From Amoebidium appalachense (Eukaryota; Protista; Ichthyosporea), in NCBI GenBank assembly GCA_963693365.1, contig CAVNZM010000003.1, positions 9,546,782-9,610,781 of the forward strand: DNA of 64,000 bases. The letters are read 5' to 3'. The translations under genes and the position numbers were made by a program. Shown one piece after another: positions 1-12,786 of this stretch. The notes beneath the pieces were generated by a model. It was given only the letters and a program-made list of their open reading frames with translations, made no database searches and was not told the origin of the DNA. Every line of letters begins with the position of its first letter. Within the stretch, counting starts at the first letter, position 1.

Positions 1-299
1 CATTCCTTGCAATTGCACATGTGCCCTGCAACCTTTTCACTCGCCAACAAACCTTATTAACGGTTGTTCTAGCACTCATTAAATTCGAATCACCAGCCTG
101 TCGACGTCCTCGCAAAGCAACCCCTAGCAATGAAAATAAGGTTGGTGTAAGCGTAAGAAAAGGAAACCAAAACAAACAGAGCATGTACAAACTACTAAGT
201 ACCGTGTGCCAAAAGTACCTTTTACACTTGTGCTTGAAGCACGTGTGGCGTCTGATGTAAGGGTCTGGGCAGTGGGCAGCTCCCGCCGTCCGTGACATG

Positions 300-830
300 A
301 TGATGATTGATCGCCGATCCAAATTTCCATGATCTTTACTTGACGCCAATAGGATAAAAATGTGCTCAGAAGTGGGTGCGTGTAGATCCAATAGGAGTTG
401 TCTTTTTCGTCACTTTCGATCAACAATATCCCCCATCACTCCGGATGGTCTCTCGTTGATCCATCAGATCCATATGGGTTGTGTTCAAGCGTTGCCCCTC
501 TTGAGTCTTTTCATACGTATACATTTTTTCTTTTAACTGCATATATTCAACAGACGGAGATGTAATTATGGAACAAATAATTATTGTAGGAGATTCTATG
601 TACGAATTAGCCAACAGCAAGTGCTTACTAATATTCCTGAACAGTGTATGCCAAGTATCGTATGCATTCCACGCTAACTGCAAATTTGTAAATGTCAACC
701 ATTTTTCAAAGTTAAAACCAAGAAACAGCTCAAACAAACCATTATGGTTCAAGAAATATAAACCTTTCCATTTATGTTTTGTTATAAATAATAGTTATTT
801 ATATCCATGTTTTTCGAGACTATAACGGTT
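300..830 (-). pseudogene. Degraded AT-rich ORF with KilA-N-like motifs (possible large DNA virus/Polinton relic)
   Basis: ORFs 420..752 and 124..426 join across a probable 1-nt G-run frameshift near 430, and there is an in-frame TAA near 795. GLYFLN...FEKWL and YTHPLLSTFLSYW resemble the KilA-N 'GYiNat...f..Wl' and 'HPxLxxxxxxW' motifs. No introns or microsatellites. Confidence 0.35.
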
Positions 831-1912
831 CATTTTTCTATAGCTTCTTGCTGCAACAACAAACCACTACATATATGTAAAGTTTAAACAAATGCCGGAA
901 AAGTTCCGGGGGCGGAACATACGCCCCACGATTAGAGATTCTAGGGGATCGTTCCAACATTCTTTTCGACCAATCGGGTCAACCAACAGTTTTGATCTCG
1001 GAATCCAGTCGCGTCAACGTTGCAAGGTTTGTTTTTTATCTGAATTTCTGAAACCTAAAAAGCTGAGAAATGAAGTGTACCTGTGTGTACATCAGTATCA
1101 GTACAGATTCTATAGAGAGCAAACGCCAAGCAGCGGCACCAGTCAGATCATGAGCAGCACGTGGGAACCTCCGAAACTCTCACAATAATTTCAAGGCATG
1201 TCTATCGTTTCTGTATCCCAAAGCCTTTTCAGGTTCCGAATCGTGTAAAACGGAACACAAGGCTCCCCTATTTGCTTGAATATCACTGTCAGGTTCGAAT
1301 TCACGTAAGACCTAACGAACGTGAGGCTTTTGTCATGAGTGTTCAAGAGACGAGCTCCACAGCCTCTTGAATGAGAAAATGGGCCAGTTTCACGTACGTA
1401 TACATATTCGCGTACATATTTTATAATGGGCACCTTACGTGCGTGGGCACAACATGTATGTGTATATGTGTCATAAGTACACGGGACGTGACGTTTACGC
1501 CCACATGATGTGCGTGCCCCTACTACCCCGCACGGCGCACATGATGTGCGCATGCGTAGAGTCTATTATTCGATCATGGGCACATGCATGATCGGTCAGA
1601 TGCATGCACATGATGCACATGTGTACATGTACGTATACACATGCTTTCTATTTTGTGATTTCATCTTTGTGTTAACATAAATATCCTAGGTAAGCAAAAA
1701 CTTCTTATATGTACGGCACGGAAGCATGGCATGCGCAAAGGTAAGTGCCTATCAAAACCTGTAAGTGACACACTTCTTCGAAACTGTGCGTGTTGCGCGC
1801 GCTGCACGCGCTGCGCCCGCGTCAACGGCCAGTGTGCGGCTGTATACAGGATGGGGTTTACGCTGTTTACTCGAGGCAAAGAGAACCAGTCTCAGGTATG
1901 GGGGGGGGGGGG

Positions 1913-2127
1913 TTGCTCGGAATATCCCCTCAGCGGTATATCATGATCACGTACATAGATGTCGGGTGGTGACTATATATCAGGGTTTACTTTCTCTACG
2001 AGACACCATAAAGACTACAAGGAGAAATCAATTAGTTGGGGTTCCCCGTTTTTTTTATTTATTTTATTTTATTTTTATATTTTTTTTTTAAAAAAGGGGC
2101 TCCCCCTCGGGACACTCGGTATCAGCT

Positions 2128-2203
<76 letters not shown>

Positions 2204-3002
2204 TGCGCGTGCGCTATAATTTTGTAGTGATGTGTTTCTCAAGCCAATCAATACATCTAATAAACAGGTCGTAGTTACGCGTGTTTAGTATAAAATCAAG
2301 GATGTTGTAATTTACAGGTAGGCTATCTTTCTGTTTGTCTGTTGTGAATGTGACGTGTGTGTGTTGCGGTATTATGTGGTCTATCAAACTACATTTGGCG
2401 ATACATGACCGGTTAAACTGGTGTGTGTGTGTGTTGTTTGGGCATGCAAATGATGCCACCTTATACTTATTAGATCTCCACTGTATAGCACGTGTACAGT
2501 AAAAGCGTGGTAATTGATCAATAATACCATCAGCTAGAGAAAGACCAGTTCTACAGGAAGGTAATATGTATTTAGGTGTTATACACCTGCGAGTGCCATA
2601 TTTGGCAATATGGTTGAGGCGGTCAGTATATATAAAACGAGACATAAGGCTTAGTTTTTCAAGGTGTATGCTTTCATCGGGTCTAGTGTCGTGTGGTATC
2701 TTTTTCCATTTGTTATATTGCGTGGTTATCTTGTGATTGTGTACATGTTTAATAAGTAAGTGGCAGTCCAAAGTCACACACACACTATTGCGGGGTTTAT
2801 TTGTATTTGTGCCCAGGGGAGAAGGGGAGAGAGAGGGGAGGAAAGAGGGGAGAGGTGAGGAGGGGACAGGTCGGATAGAGAAGAGAGGGTGGGAGGGCAA
2901 ATACTTCTTTAAGCGGCTTATGTGCTTATTGAATACAGGATCTACAAGATCAAAGTTTTGAAGATTCTTTGGCAAATCTCTCAATGATTGTTGCATGAGC
3001 AT
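1913..3002 (-). mobile_element. 5'-truncated non-LTR retrotransposon fragment (ORF2 C-terminus plus putative 3' UTR)
   Basis: ORF 2214..3002 carries LPSCR..DGII..RAIQWR..ACP..H..C..NILDFILN, which resembles the post-RT Cys/His region of LINE ORF2 proteins. Downstream on the minus strand come (CA)n and a UTR-like segment ending GAGCAA before a C tract (G run 1900-1912 on +). Confidence 0.55.
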
Positions 3003-3208
3003 GGCCCAGGAGATCTAGATCTAGATCCTCTGCTGCTGGCGAGAGTCTCATGATCAGCGCATGCCTGTCCGTGCCTGAGCGGCGGAGCTCCGAGCGCGCC
3101 CGTGCACGTGGGACCGTCACGGAGTACTACACTGAGTAGCCTACGCGCTTGCGTGCGCCAGGTGCGCGTGTGGATGTATTCATGTACGTGGCGACTCAGG
3201 CTGACTCA

Positions 3209-3508
3209 GGTTACGATATTCCGAGCGTCGGGGTGTGATCTGATTGGATGACGACACGACCTTTAACTTCAGTTAGTCTTGCCGTGATTGGCCTAGAGCG
3301 CACTCACCGAAATAACCAGGCTATGGACATTTCTATTGGGTTAGAGGAATCGAATAACCGGGTTAATGGGTGAGTGCGCTGCTAGCCAATCAAAGGAAAA
3401 TGAGCCTGAAATGTGAATGTAATGATATATGAATCAAATAACCGAGTTAAAGTTTGCATAATGTATCAATAAAGTGAATGCTAAATCTTTATGGGTCATA
3501 TCGTAACC
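3209..3508. mobile_element. MITE-like element with terminal and internal inverted repeats
   Basis: Perfect 11-bp TIR GGTTACGATAT (3209-3219) / ATATCGTAACC (3498-3508). Internal IR TGATTGGCCTAGAGCGCACTCACC (~3284) vs GGTGAGTGCGCTGCTAGCCAATCA (~3369). No clear TSD. Confidence 0.5.
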
Positions 3509-3731
3509 GGATCATGTCGGCTCGTGTCCTCGCTCGACCTCGTTATTTCGGCTCGCCTTGTCGATTATTTTGGCTCGCCTATCGGCTCGCCGAAATAACC
3601 GACGGCTCGCCGAAATAACTTCGGTCTCGCTCGGCCACTCGCTCGCCCCATGACCCCTGACCTAGGCCTATTTGTAGAATTTTATGCCTGTGCCGTTTGG
3701 CGGATATTAACAATATATATAATGCGTTGTT

Positions 3732-4440
3732 TGCCGGACCTCAAATCCGGAATTTGGAGGGGACCAAAGGCCATTTTGTGAGGCATCAAAAACCATCGAA
3801 ACGTTGCTTAGTTGTTTTTATGACATCAAAATCGCTAAATATTCTTGCGATACTAATGAAAAAGCCTAAAACAACTATATATTTGATAATGAGAAAATTG
3901 AAATATAGTGCCGTAAAGTTGGGCCCGAGAGGATGTACGTACTCGGGGCTTTGAAATAAAAAGAAAATAACCAGCGGTTTCGGAGTCTACTGTGAACGCG
4001 CTGGGCTGAATGACGGCAGAGATCAGGTGATTCCCGTATCAAAACGGTTTTCGTTTCTAACCCAGAATGGAACGCACCTTTTTTAGTGCCGGACCTCAAA
4101 TCCGGAATTTGGAGGGGACCTAAGGCCATTTTGTGAGGCATCAAAAACCATCGAAACGTTGCTTAGTTGTTTTTATGACACCAAAATCGCTAAATATTCT
4201 TGCGATACTAATGAAAAAGCCTAAAATAACTATATATTTGATAATGAGAAAATTGAAATATAGTGCCGTAAAGTTGGGCCCGAGAGGATGTACGTACTCG
4301 GGGCTTTGAAATAAAAAGAAAAAAACCAGCGGTTTCGGATTCACTGTGAACGCGCTGGGCTGAATGACGGCAGAGATCAGGTGATCCCCGTATCAAAACG
4401 GTTTGGGTTTCTAACCCAGAATGGAACGCACTTTTTTTAG
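3732..4440. repeat. Tandem duplication, ~355-bp unit x2
   Basis: Units start TGCCGGACCTCAAATCCGG at 3732 and 4087 and differ by a few substitutions/indels. Confidence 0.95.
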
Positions 4441-4601
4441 AGAAATTCGGCGACATTTGTTTTACAACGTATTATATCATTGGTACAAAGACATTTTGAA
4501 AATTTTAATGTAATAGAACTACCAATCCAATCACAAAAACCTCAAAGGTCCGCTAACACCGGTTTAGGGGGACACGGGGATGAGGACGGTAAATTCTATA
4601 T

Positions 4602-4639
<38 letters not shown>

Positions 4640-4954
4640 CGGCCTGTGGCACACACACACACACACACACACAAACAGATGTACATTTTACTGTTTAATA
4701 GCAGACAGTTGTTGAAAAAAATAGAATATGACATTTGGGGCGAGTGTAGTAGAAGGGTTTGTGACTGACAATGATTATTGTTTTACACTAGAGCTAGGGT
4801 GATTCAAGCTGGGCGGTGGTCGTTGTTTTTTTATTTGTTTTTTTTCCACATTTACAAAGTAATATTCGAATAGAATACAAAAACAACTAAGAAGAAAAAA
4901 GCGCATACAACCTTCACTTGGCCCACACACACACATTCACACACACACAAACAT

Positions 4955-4991
<37 letters not shown>

Positions 4992-5103
4992 CGTTGAACA
5001 CAATGAAAGGAAATATATCTAGAAAACACGGGTGCCATGATTGCAGTCACTGAGTATGAAAAGCATAAAAAAAAATTTGGGGGGGGGCAGGGAATGCCAT
5101 GGG

Positions 5104-5145
<42 letters not shown>

Positions 5146-5337
5146 TGCTTTGAAGTAAACTGAGAATAGTATAATTGCAGTACTGACTTGTGAGCATGGT
5201 ATATTGACACACACCGTAGAATGATGATTTTATGTTCGGGAACATTTCGGGGGGGTGCCAATTCCAGACTTCACTGAAATATGTTGCCCACCTGGCACTC
5301 AGTGCACGTGGAAAGTTTTATTGCCTGTCCATGCATA

Positions 5338-6836
5338 TCATCGGGTTACCAAACAGTTCTGTAAAATAAGTAAAACAACAAAATAATAAAAATATTATAA
5401 ATTTTTTGCAAGCAATTTAGAACATATTGCACTTGGTGGTTTTCAGCTACATGTTTTTGGAGGACCACAAGTAAACTTGGTACTTCGGCAATGGCAATCT
5501 CTCCCGGCCCTAGGCTGATAACACAGTGTGGCAAGAAAGGGTGGGGGGGAGAGGGGGGGGGGGGGGGGGTAAATGAAAGGGAAAAGGGTCATAACATTTG
5601 GCAGATCCAGCAACTGCAGGATTTGGGGGGGGGAGGAAGCGTGAGGCGGGGGGGCCAGGGGGGAGGGGGGGGGGGGGGAAGCGTGAGGCGAGGGAGGGCC
5701 GGGGGGGGGGGCGGGGGGGAGGGGAGAGGGAGGTAACAACCACACAACCCAACATCAATAACTGTCTCGTTATGTTTTGGCGCCGGCGACAGCCGGCGCA
5801 CAGACCTACTTGTATATATGCATGCATGGGTGACTGCTTCCAATTGGGCACAATCAGCTGCAGTGTCACTGAGTTGCATGAAGCCTAACCTGTTTGTGTG
5901 TGTGTGTTTGTGCACATGTATGCGTGGTGCGTGCAAGTGTACATGACGTGCGCGTACGTGCTCGTGATGTGTATGTGAACGTTCATGCGTTATGCCACTG
6001 TCACTGTGTGACTGTTTACAGTGTGGGTGTGCGTGCCAAAGGCTTCAGATCTAGACCCGTAAGTCGTGCCCCCGCCAGGGGGCACGCAGAACCAAGAATT
6101 GGCTAGTACAGTATGTTAGGCAGCTATCCATAGATGTGGATGCACGTGATTCCTCCCTCTAATTGTGCACGCGCGCCAAAACGTTTTTAAAATTCGTATG
6201 TTTCTTGCAAGGTATAAGAAAGAACACGCACATGTATACGCCATGTGTGTGCACGGACGTACCCGAGCGGTCTCATCATGGAACTGACTGGAAATGCTAA
6301 CGAGCAAATCACCGTCCAACATGTACAGTTTGCGCATGTGCACTGCAGCTCGTAGCAGCGTCTGGGCCTGGCCAGAGCAAGCGATTTTTTTTGGCGCAAT
6401 ATAATATTTATTTATGACGCCATCCATCTATCTATTTCTGCTCTGCGAATTAGCCATACAAGTTGAATCGAATGGATGGCTATCCCTATTGGCCGGGCGC
6501 TCTTCGAAGCATTAGAGTCAGAGGTGGTCCTGAGTGTTGTCCCAATAACATGCTGAGTCCAAGGCTTCTGATACTATGTATGTATGTACTTAGTCTCCTA
6601 ATTAATACACTGATGTTGCTACTGAGCATTTTGAATGAACATGGCAGTGCGGCTACCACCGAACATTACGGACAGATATATATATATTAGACCAATTTTG
6701 CACACTGTCGTGGCAATGTTCCTGCATGGCTTCCTGGCAATGGTGCGGAGTCCCCCCTGATCAACATTGCCAGGAACATTGCCACGACGATGTGCAAAAT
6801 TGATCTAAATATCATCCGGCATGCGGTCATCATCAT
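5338..6836 (-). CDS. Putative multi-exon gene or pseudogene of unknown function
   Basis: Phase-compatible GT-AG exon chain: 6836-6693 (hydrophobic N-terminus, weak donor), 6567-6460, 6367-6263, 6102-6020, 5889-5749, 5514-5433, then 5358- which reaches TGA after 6 codons. No recognised domain. Confidence 0.4.
6684..6812. repeat. ~130-bp foldback inverted repeat
   Basis: Left arm ATATTAGACCAATTTTGCACACTGTCGTGGCAATGTTCCTG... is the near reverse complement of CAACATTGCCAGGAACATTGCCACGACGATGTGCAAAATTGATCTAAATAT, with a ~16-nt loop and a 12-nt bulge. Confidence 0.85.
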
Positions 6837-7091
6837 CAGTGTGAAATCGGTATGTACATGTGCACGTGGAATATCTGCATATATCGACATATATGCATGC
6901 CACGACATGTGCACATGGGTATTCGCCTTGAGTACACTTTTGATATCAGTCACTGTGATATGTTCTTGTCTGCACATGGTACTGACAGTGTACATATGTA
7001 TGCACATGCCACTCGACGTCAAAACTGATCGTAACTTGAGCACACATACATCATCATGCATGTGGCCTGGAGATAGACCATACAGTAACTG

Positions 7092-8250
7092 TGTTGGAAT
7101 ATTTCAGTGGGGCAGAGACAGCTGTTCCGATCCTGTCCACTTTTGTGTGTGGAAGTGGTGTGACTAGCCTGCCAGACATATCGCCATAGTGTTGGCAGCT
7201 AGAACGTTTGGTCGTCACGCAGTAATCTTGGTCATAGCGACGGTCTTTACTTGCAGCGAAGCGGGCGGCGGCGACAACGACAATCTGGACGTCGACTGAC
7301 ATAGTCCAGAGAAATATACTACAAAGCCATCCCAACAGAGATCCAATCACATACCAGCCGCGAGATCCCTATATGACTTAGATCCAATCATATCGCCTCT
7401 TAGAAGCTACCATCATCCCATAGTCATCACGATCACGATAGCGAGTGTGATGGGTTGACATATGCAATTGCATATTCTGACACACCCCTTCAATAAATCT
7501 CAGGAGCTACATTAGGAACTACAACGAGGCAAACAACCATCATGCAAACTAAACATACACATACACGCAGGTGCATCCAAGGTCTCACCCAATCAAAATG
7601 CGTATTTATCTACATCAAATTGCCGTTACCTGAAGCTAAATCTCCTACACTGCCAACACATACCGACAGGCTCCACGGCGGGGCTCACGGGCTCTGCATA
7701 GCGGCTAACACGAAACACTACGTCATGACACTGGCTCTTTCTATGCATGGTGACGGCACACTCTCTCTACATAGGCATCTACCCGCAGGACTCAGCAAGC
7801 CATACCATAGTAGTCTCACAATGTTGCCAATCTCATGCTACCATGTTGGAATATTTCAGTGGGGCAGAGACAGCTGTTCCGATCCTGTCCACTTTTGTGT
7901 GTGGAAGTGGTGTGACTAGCCTGCCAGACATATCGCCATAGTGTTGGCAGCTAGGACGTTTGGTCGTCACGCAGTAATCTTGGTCATAGCGACGGTCTTT
8001 ACTTGCAGCGAAGCGGGCGGCGGCGACAACGACAATCTGGACTGACAGTCTGACACAGTCCAGAAATTACATACTACGATTGGAATGCAAAGTCATCCCA
8101 ACAGAGATCCAATCACATACCAGCCGCGAGATCCCTATATGACTTAGAACCAATCATATCGCCTCTTGGAAGCTACCATCATCCCATAGTCATCACGATC
8201 ACGATAGCGAGTGAGATGGGTTGACATAAATGAAATTGCATATTCTGACA
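7092..8250 (-). mobile_element. TRIM / non-autonomous LTR retrotransposon
   Basis: Direct repeats 7092-7482 and 7844-8250 with TGTTGGAATAT...ATATTCTGACA ends. 5-bp TSD AACTG at 7087-7091 and 8251-8255. On the minus strand, PBS TGGTAGCATGAG abuts the right LTR and PPT TTGAAGGGGTG abuts the left LTR. The ~360-bp interior has no recognisable retroelement ORF. Confidence 0.9.
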
Positions 8251-8317
8251 AACTGAACTATTCCCTCCCCCCCCCTCGCCCCACCCCGGCCCCCCTCTCC
8301 CCCACCAACGCATCCGT

Positions 8318-8408
<91 letters not shown>

Positions 8409-8453
8409 CGCACACACACACGCACACACGCACACGCACGCACGCACACGCAC

Positions 8454-8554
<101 letters not shown>

Positions 8555-8597
8555 TTTACACACACACAAACACACACACACACACACATGCACAGGT

Positions 8598-8657
<60 letters not shown>

Positions 8658-9260
8658 TGCACACGCACACACACAGGCACACACACACAGTGCGCATGGC
8701 ATGCACAAGCTCACATGCGCACGCATGCATGCATACGCACCGTGAAAGACGCACACGGACACACACATGTACACGTGCTTGGTAACACAGGCTGTGTCCA
8801 TCACGGGACACACAGTGCACATGTACAGACATATACACGTAGGGGCACGATCATACGGTATGACATTGTTTTTAATTGGTAGTGCGTCACACAAACAGTT
8901 CTACCGGGGCACACACAGCATGCTTGCCGTTTGACACATACACAAACACACACACACACGTGTACATACACACATACACACACAAACTCTCTCTTCCCCA
9001 ATGTTTTCACATGATACAAACACACACTCTCTCCCTCCGAGGTTCTATCTCTTACCCCCTCCCCCCCCCCCCCTCTTTGTCTCTCTCTCCCCCTCTCTCT
9101 CTCCTGTCTTTCTCAAACCTCTCCTCTTCATCTAACCCACACATTCCCTCCCCCCCCCCCCCCCGAGGCTCCGGCTGTCTCTCTCTTTCTCTCTGTCTCC
9201 CCCGTCCCTCTTCCTTCCCTCCCCTCCCCCCCCCCCCCTCCCCCCGCCCCCAGAGGCTCC

Positions 9261-9343
<83 letters not shown>

Positions 9344-10203
9344 CCCCTTCCTCCCTCCCCCTCCCCCCCCCCCCCCCCCCCCCCCCCCCCCAGGTCCCAG
9401 GGTCAAAAGACACGTATGCATTTTGGTGCACAGAAACGCCGGCCGCGACACACACCGCAGTGCATGCACCACAACTGGGCCTCAGAGGCTCATGCACGAC
9501 ACCTACGCATACGTTATAGCACCAGCATATGCAGGGAGTTCGAGTGGCCGTCAACCACAAAATCGCATTACCTACTACGCGAAGACGTCATGGGCACATG
9601 CACTGATGATTCCGCTTCTACTGAGCAACGTTTTTGCATACTGGTATGGTGTTCTATAGAGAGTCTCGCTTGCTCGGTTGGGTCCACTTCAGGCCTTTAA
9701 ATTTTAAATCTTTTGTTTTGTTTTTATTTTTTTCTTTTCTTTTCTTTCTTTCTTTCTTTCTCTTTTTCTTTCTTTCTTTTCTTTTCTTTTTCTTTCTTTC
9801 TTTCTTCCTTTCTCAGTTTCTTTCTTTCTTTCTTTCTTTTTCTTTCTTTCTTTTTTTTTTTTTTTGAGGGGGGGGGGGGGGGGGGGGAGGGGGGGAGGAA
9901 GGGAGGGATGGGAAGGAGCTGACATTTGTGGACACCTGAACATGTCTCGGATGCTCACAATCCCGCTATAAAAAGATTGTGCCTTTGTTGATCTATGTTC
10001 TTCTTCGTAGCCGGTTACGACATGTATGCGCACGTGTAGTCACGTGTACCGTACTACGTTTTGAGGAGAGCAATGTGCCAACTGTACTGTCTTCGGTTTG
10101 AATAAAATATAGTTGTATTGTGCTATATTACCATATTAGTTTTGTTGCGTTTCAACGGCTTCAAAAGTCCCCCCCCCCCCCCCCCCCCCTTCCCCGATAG
10201 AAG

Positions 10204-10238
<35 letters not shown>

Positions 10239-10466
10239 TCTCCCCCCGGGAGAAAGACACGCCCCGGTTCGACCCATTCACGACCCGGCCGCTCGGGTCC
10301 AGAGCAGACCCAACCCAATCGATATGCCTACCTATCCCATTGTCACCCATTTATCATGTGCATTATATCAACTTGAAATCTCTGACGCATTCAGAAATCT
10401 TTGTCTACTTCTCCACAGGAGTCACTTTTACTTTTTACAGCCCACCTGTGTCTATGTGTGTCTCAC

Positions 10467-10529
<63 letters not shown>

Positions 10530-11295
10530 CTGTGGGGTAGGGGGGCACGGGGGGGCGGGAATGCGAGTAGGAAGGTGCATTGAGGTACATCAGCTAGATT
10601 GGAGATCGTATACATAAAACATTACGGCTTTGATAGGATATCGATATATTCATCTATGAAACAGGACTTGCACTGGCAAGGGCACACACACTGCCACTGA
10701 GATTGTTGAGAAGATCACTCAGAAACGCTCGTATATGAGATATCGGGTACGGGTACATACACACATATCATAATGTGCGCATGCGCATCATATTAATACT
10801 GTAACGGTTATTGATGCAGATAACAGCATAAAATGATGTACACATACGTCAACTAAATTATGATACAACCTGGATGCGCAACACAACATGAAATGGCAGC
10901 GAATCATGGGAGATTTAGTATGACGAGTCCACATTTGTGTATGTGAGCAGACAATATGGGTCCGTGCCCGTGGGAATACAGTATAGCAACCAAATATGCA
11001 CCGTACAACAGTTTATTTTTCTTCGATACATATCTGCAAATCCATTTGCCTCGCTGGATGACTCTTACGCTTGGATGAGATGGTGCAGACTCACGGAGTT
11101 AAAAAAGAAAACAACAAATTGGCAGTTGCACTCAACTTGCATCAAAGGCGTAAATTATAAATAATACATTCTGAATCCTATAGACAGCTACAGGTTTAGG
11201 TGTTGCTTAGCCCATAGATTATGGCTGACGATTTTCCACGACATACTTTTGTCGTTCCTCTTCAAACTTTTTGTTTTTCCGCTTATTAACAATGC

Positions 11296-11667
11296 TCAAG
11301 CAACATGGTGGCGCTTCTGGTTCTCGCTCAAGGAGTTTACGGCCTTGTCGAAGCCTTTGCGCCAAGAAGTAGGCAGCTCCTCAGGTTCAAAATGAGGTGT
11401 TGGGTAGAGGTTGTCCATAGCAGCGGCAAGGATTTTATCACCAGTGTTGCTTGAGGCACGTTTTCCGTAAAGGACAACGGGCTCCTTCACGTAGCCGAGC
11501 TCTTCCCCTTCGGCACGCGTGAGAACGGGCTTCTTTGCCTCTTTCTGTGTGGGGTAGCAACGGGTGCAGAATGCTCTTGCAGAGAGAGTGCTCGCAACGC
11601 TGTAGAGAGCGATACGTGCCGCTGTCGACGAGACAGTGGTCATTGCAAGGGATGAAACAAGAGCCAT
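11296..11667 (-). CDS. Single-exon hypothetical protein (123 aa) with possible mitochondrial presequence
   Basis: Repeat-free ORF MALVSSLAMTTVSSTAARIALYSVASTLSARAFCTR... The N-terminus is rich in S/T/A/R and lacks acidic residues. Confidence 0.5.
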   Translation of the reverse strand: MALVSSLAMTTVSSTAARIALYSVASTLSARAFCTRCYPTQKEAKKPVLTRAEGEELGYVKEPVVLYGKRASSNTGDKILAAAMDNLYPTPHFEPEELPTSWRKGFDKAVNSLSENQKRHHVA

Positions 11668-12218
11668 ATTCGTGAAAATTTGAACTTGTAATGAACACAA
11701 TTTGTACTGAACGCGATATATTGCTCGAAGTTCACGACTTGTAAATTAAAAGCTTGAATCTTTTCTCTAAGCAAAATCACTCAGAATTTGCTACCCAAAG
11801 TGTAATATGATAGTAAAGCACGGATGAATTAGGGTTGGCTGCGCTTGCCTTTCCGTGCACGAGCTGGGACCAGGAGAAACGTGAAAGAACAACTGAGAAG
11901 TTGTGGGTATGAGCCAGGATTATATACCCAGGAGCAGATCTTCACTTTCCACTTTCGTACGTGACCGCGATCCAATGAAATGCCTCAACTTATGATCTCA
12001 GTGTTCCCTAATCTATATACACCAATGAAACACAAGCATTGATTTTTCTACGCCTTCCACAACGTTCGCCCACAGCTGATGCTCCATCTACCAATGAACA
12101 GGCGTTCTGGTGCACCACCAAATATGCACCATTTTTGGAAAATTTGGAGCAAACTTGCGTATGCCAAAAAAAAATAAAAAAATAAAATAAAAAAAATAAA
12201 AAAATCAAAAAAAATCAA

Positions 12219-12570
12219 GGGCCAGTATCCCATTCCAAAACGAGCAAATCAATATGGGCTTTTTTCTCATTTCCATTTTCGCATTTTTCCTTTTCTCCAT
12301 AAACTTTAGTGAGATATGCCAAATATTCTGCTGATAAATTCTAAAATTTTCACATTTTTGAAATATCATTTCAACGGATAAACGATTTTTGAAAACCCAT
12401 AAAATGCATTTCAAAATATCAGGATATATCGATTTTATCGATTTACTCGTATTTTCAAGATATTTCGACAGGTTCGGTTCTATTTGCGCTATTTTGGAAT
12501 TTTTGCAATATCGCCAATTTATCCTTTTTCCCATTTTATGGCTTTTTTCGACGTCTGCCATATGCGTGTA
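12219..12570. repeat. Dispersed AT-rich repeat, related in inverted orientation to ~15270-15490
   Basis: The reverse complement of GGCCAGTATCCCATTCCAAAACGAGCAAATCAAT matches ATTGATTTGCTCATTTCGGAATGGGATAGGCC at ~15456-15488. A second similar block pairs ~12470-12510 with ~15278-15312. Confidence 0.6.
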
Positions 12571-12786
12571 ACCATATGTTATTTTTGTTGGTTTTACGTG
12601 ACCGTCGACGGCGAGCTGACCGTTGACCGTTGGGTTGGGCGATGGTTAAACAGTTAACGTTGGGTTGCAATAGGCGACTGCACTAGTCATGTTCAAAGAA
12701 TGGTGGCCAGTTAGTCGCGACTGCACCTTGTAATTCTTGGCTCACTGGCTGGTCTCTCTTTCACGTACGAATAGCCGTTCCTGTTA

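Noticed and set aside
9390-9700. Repeat-free island that might be a terminal exon on +
   Set aside because: No recognisable motif and no upstream exon chain could be built.
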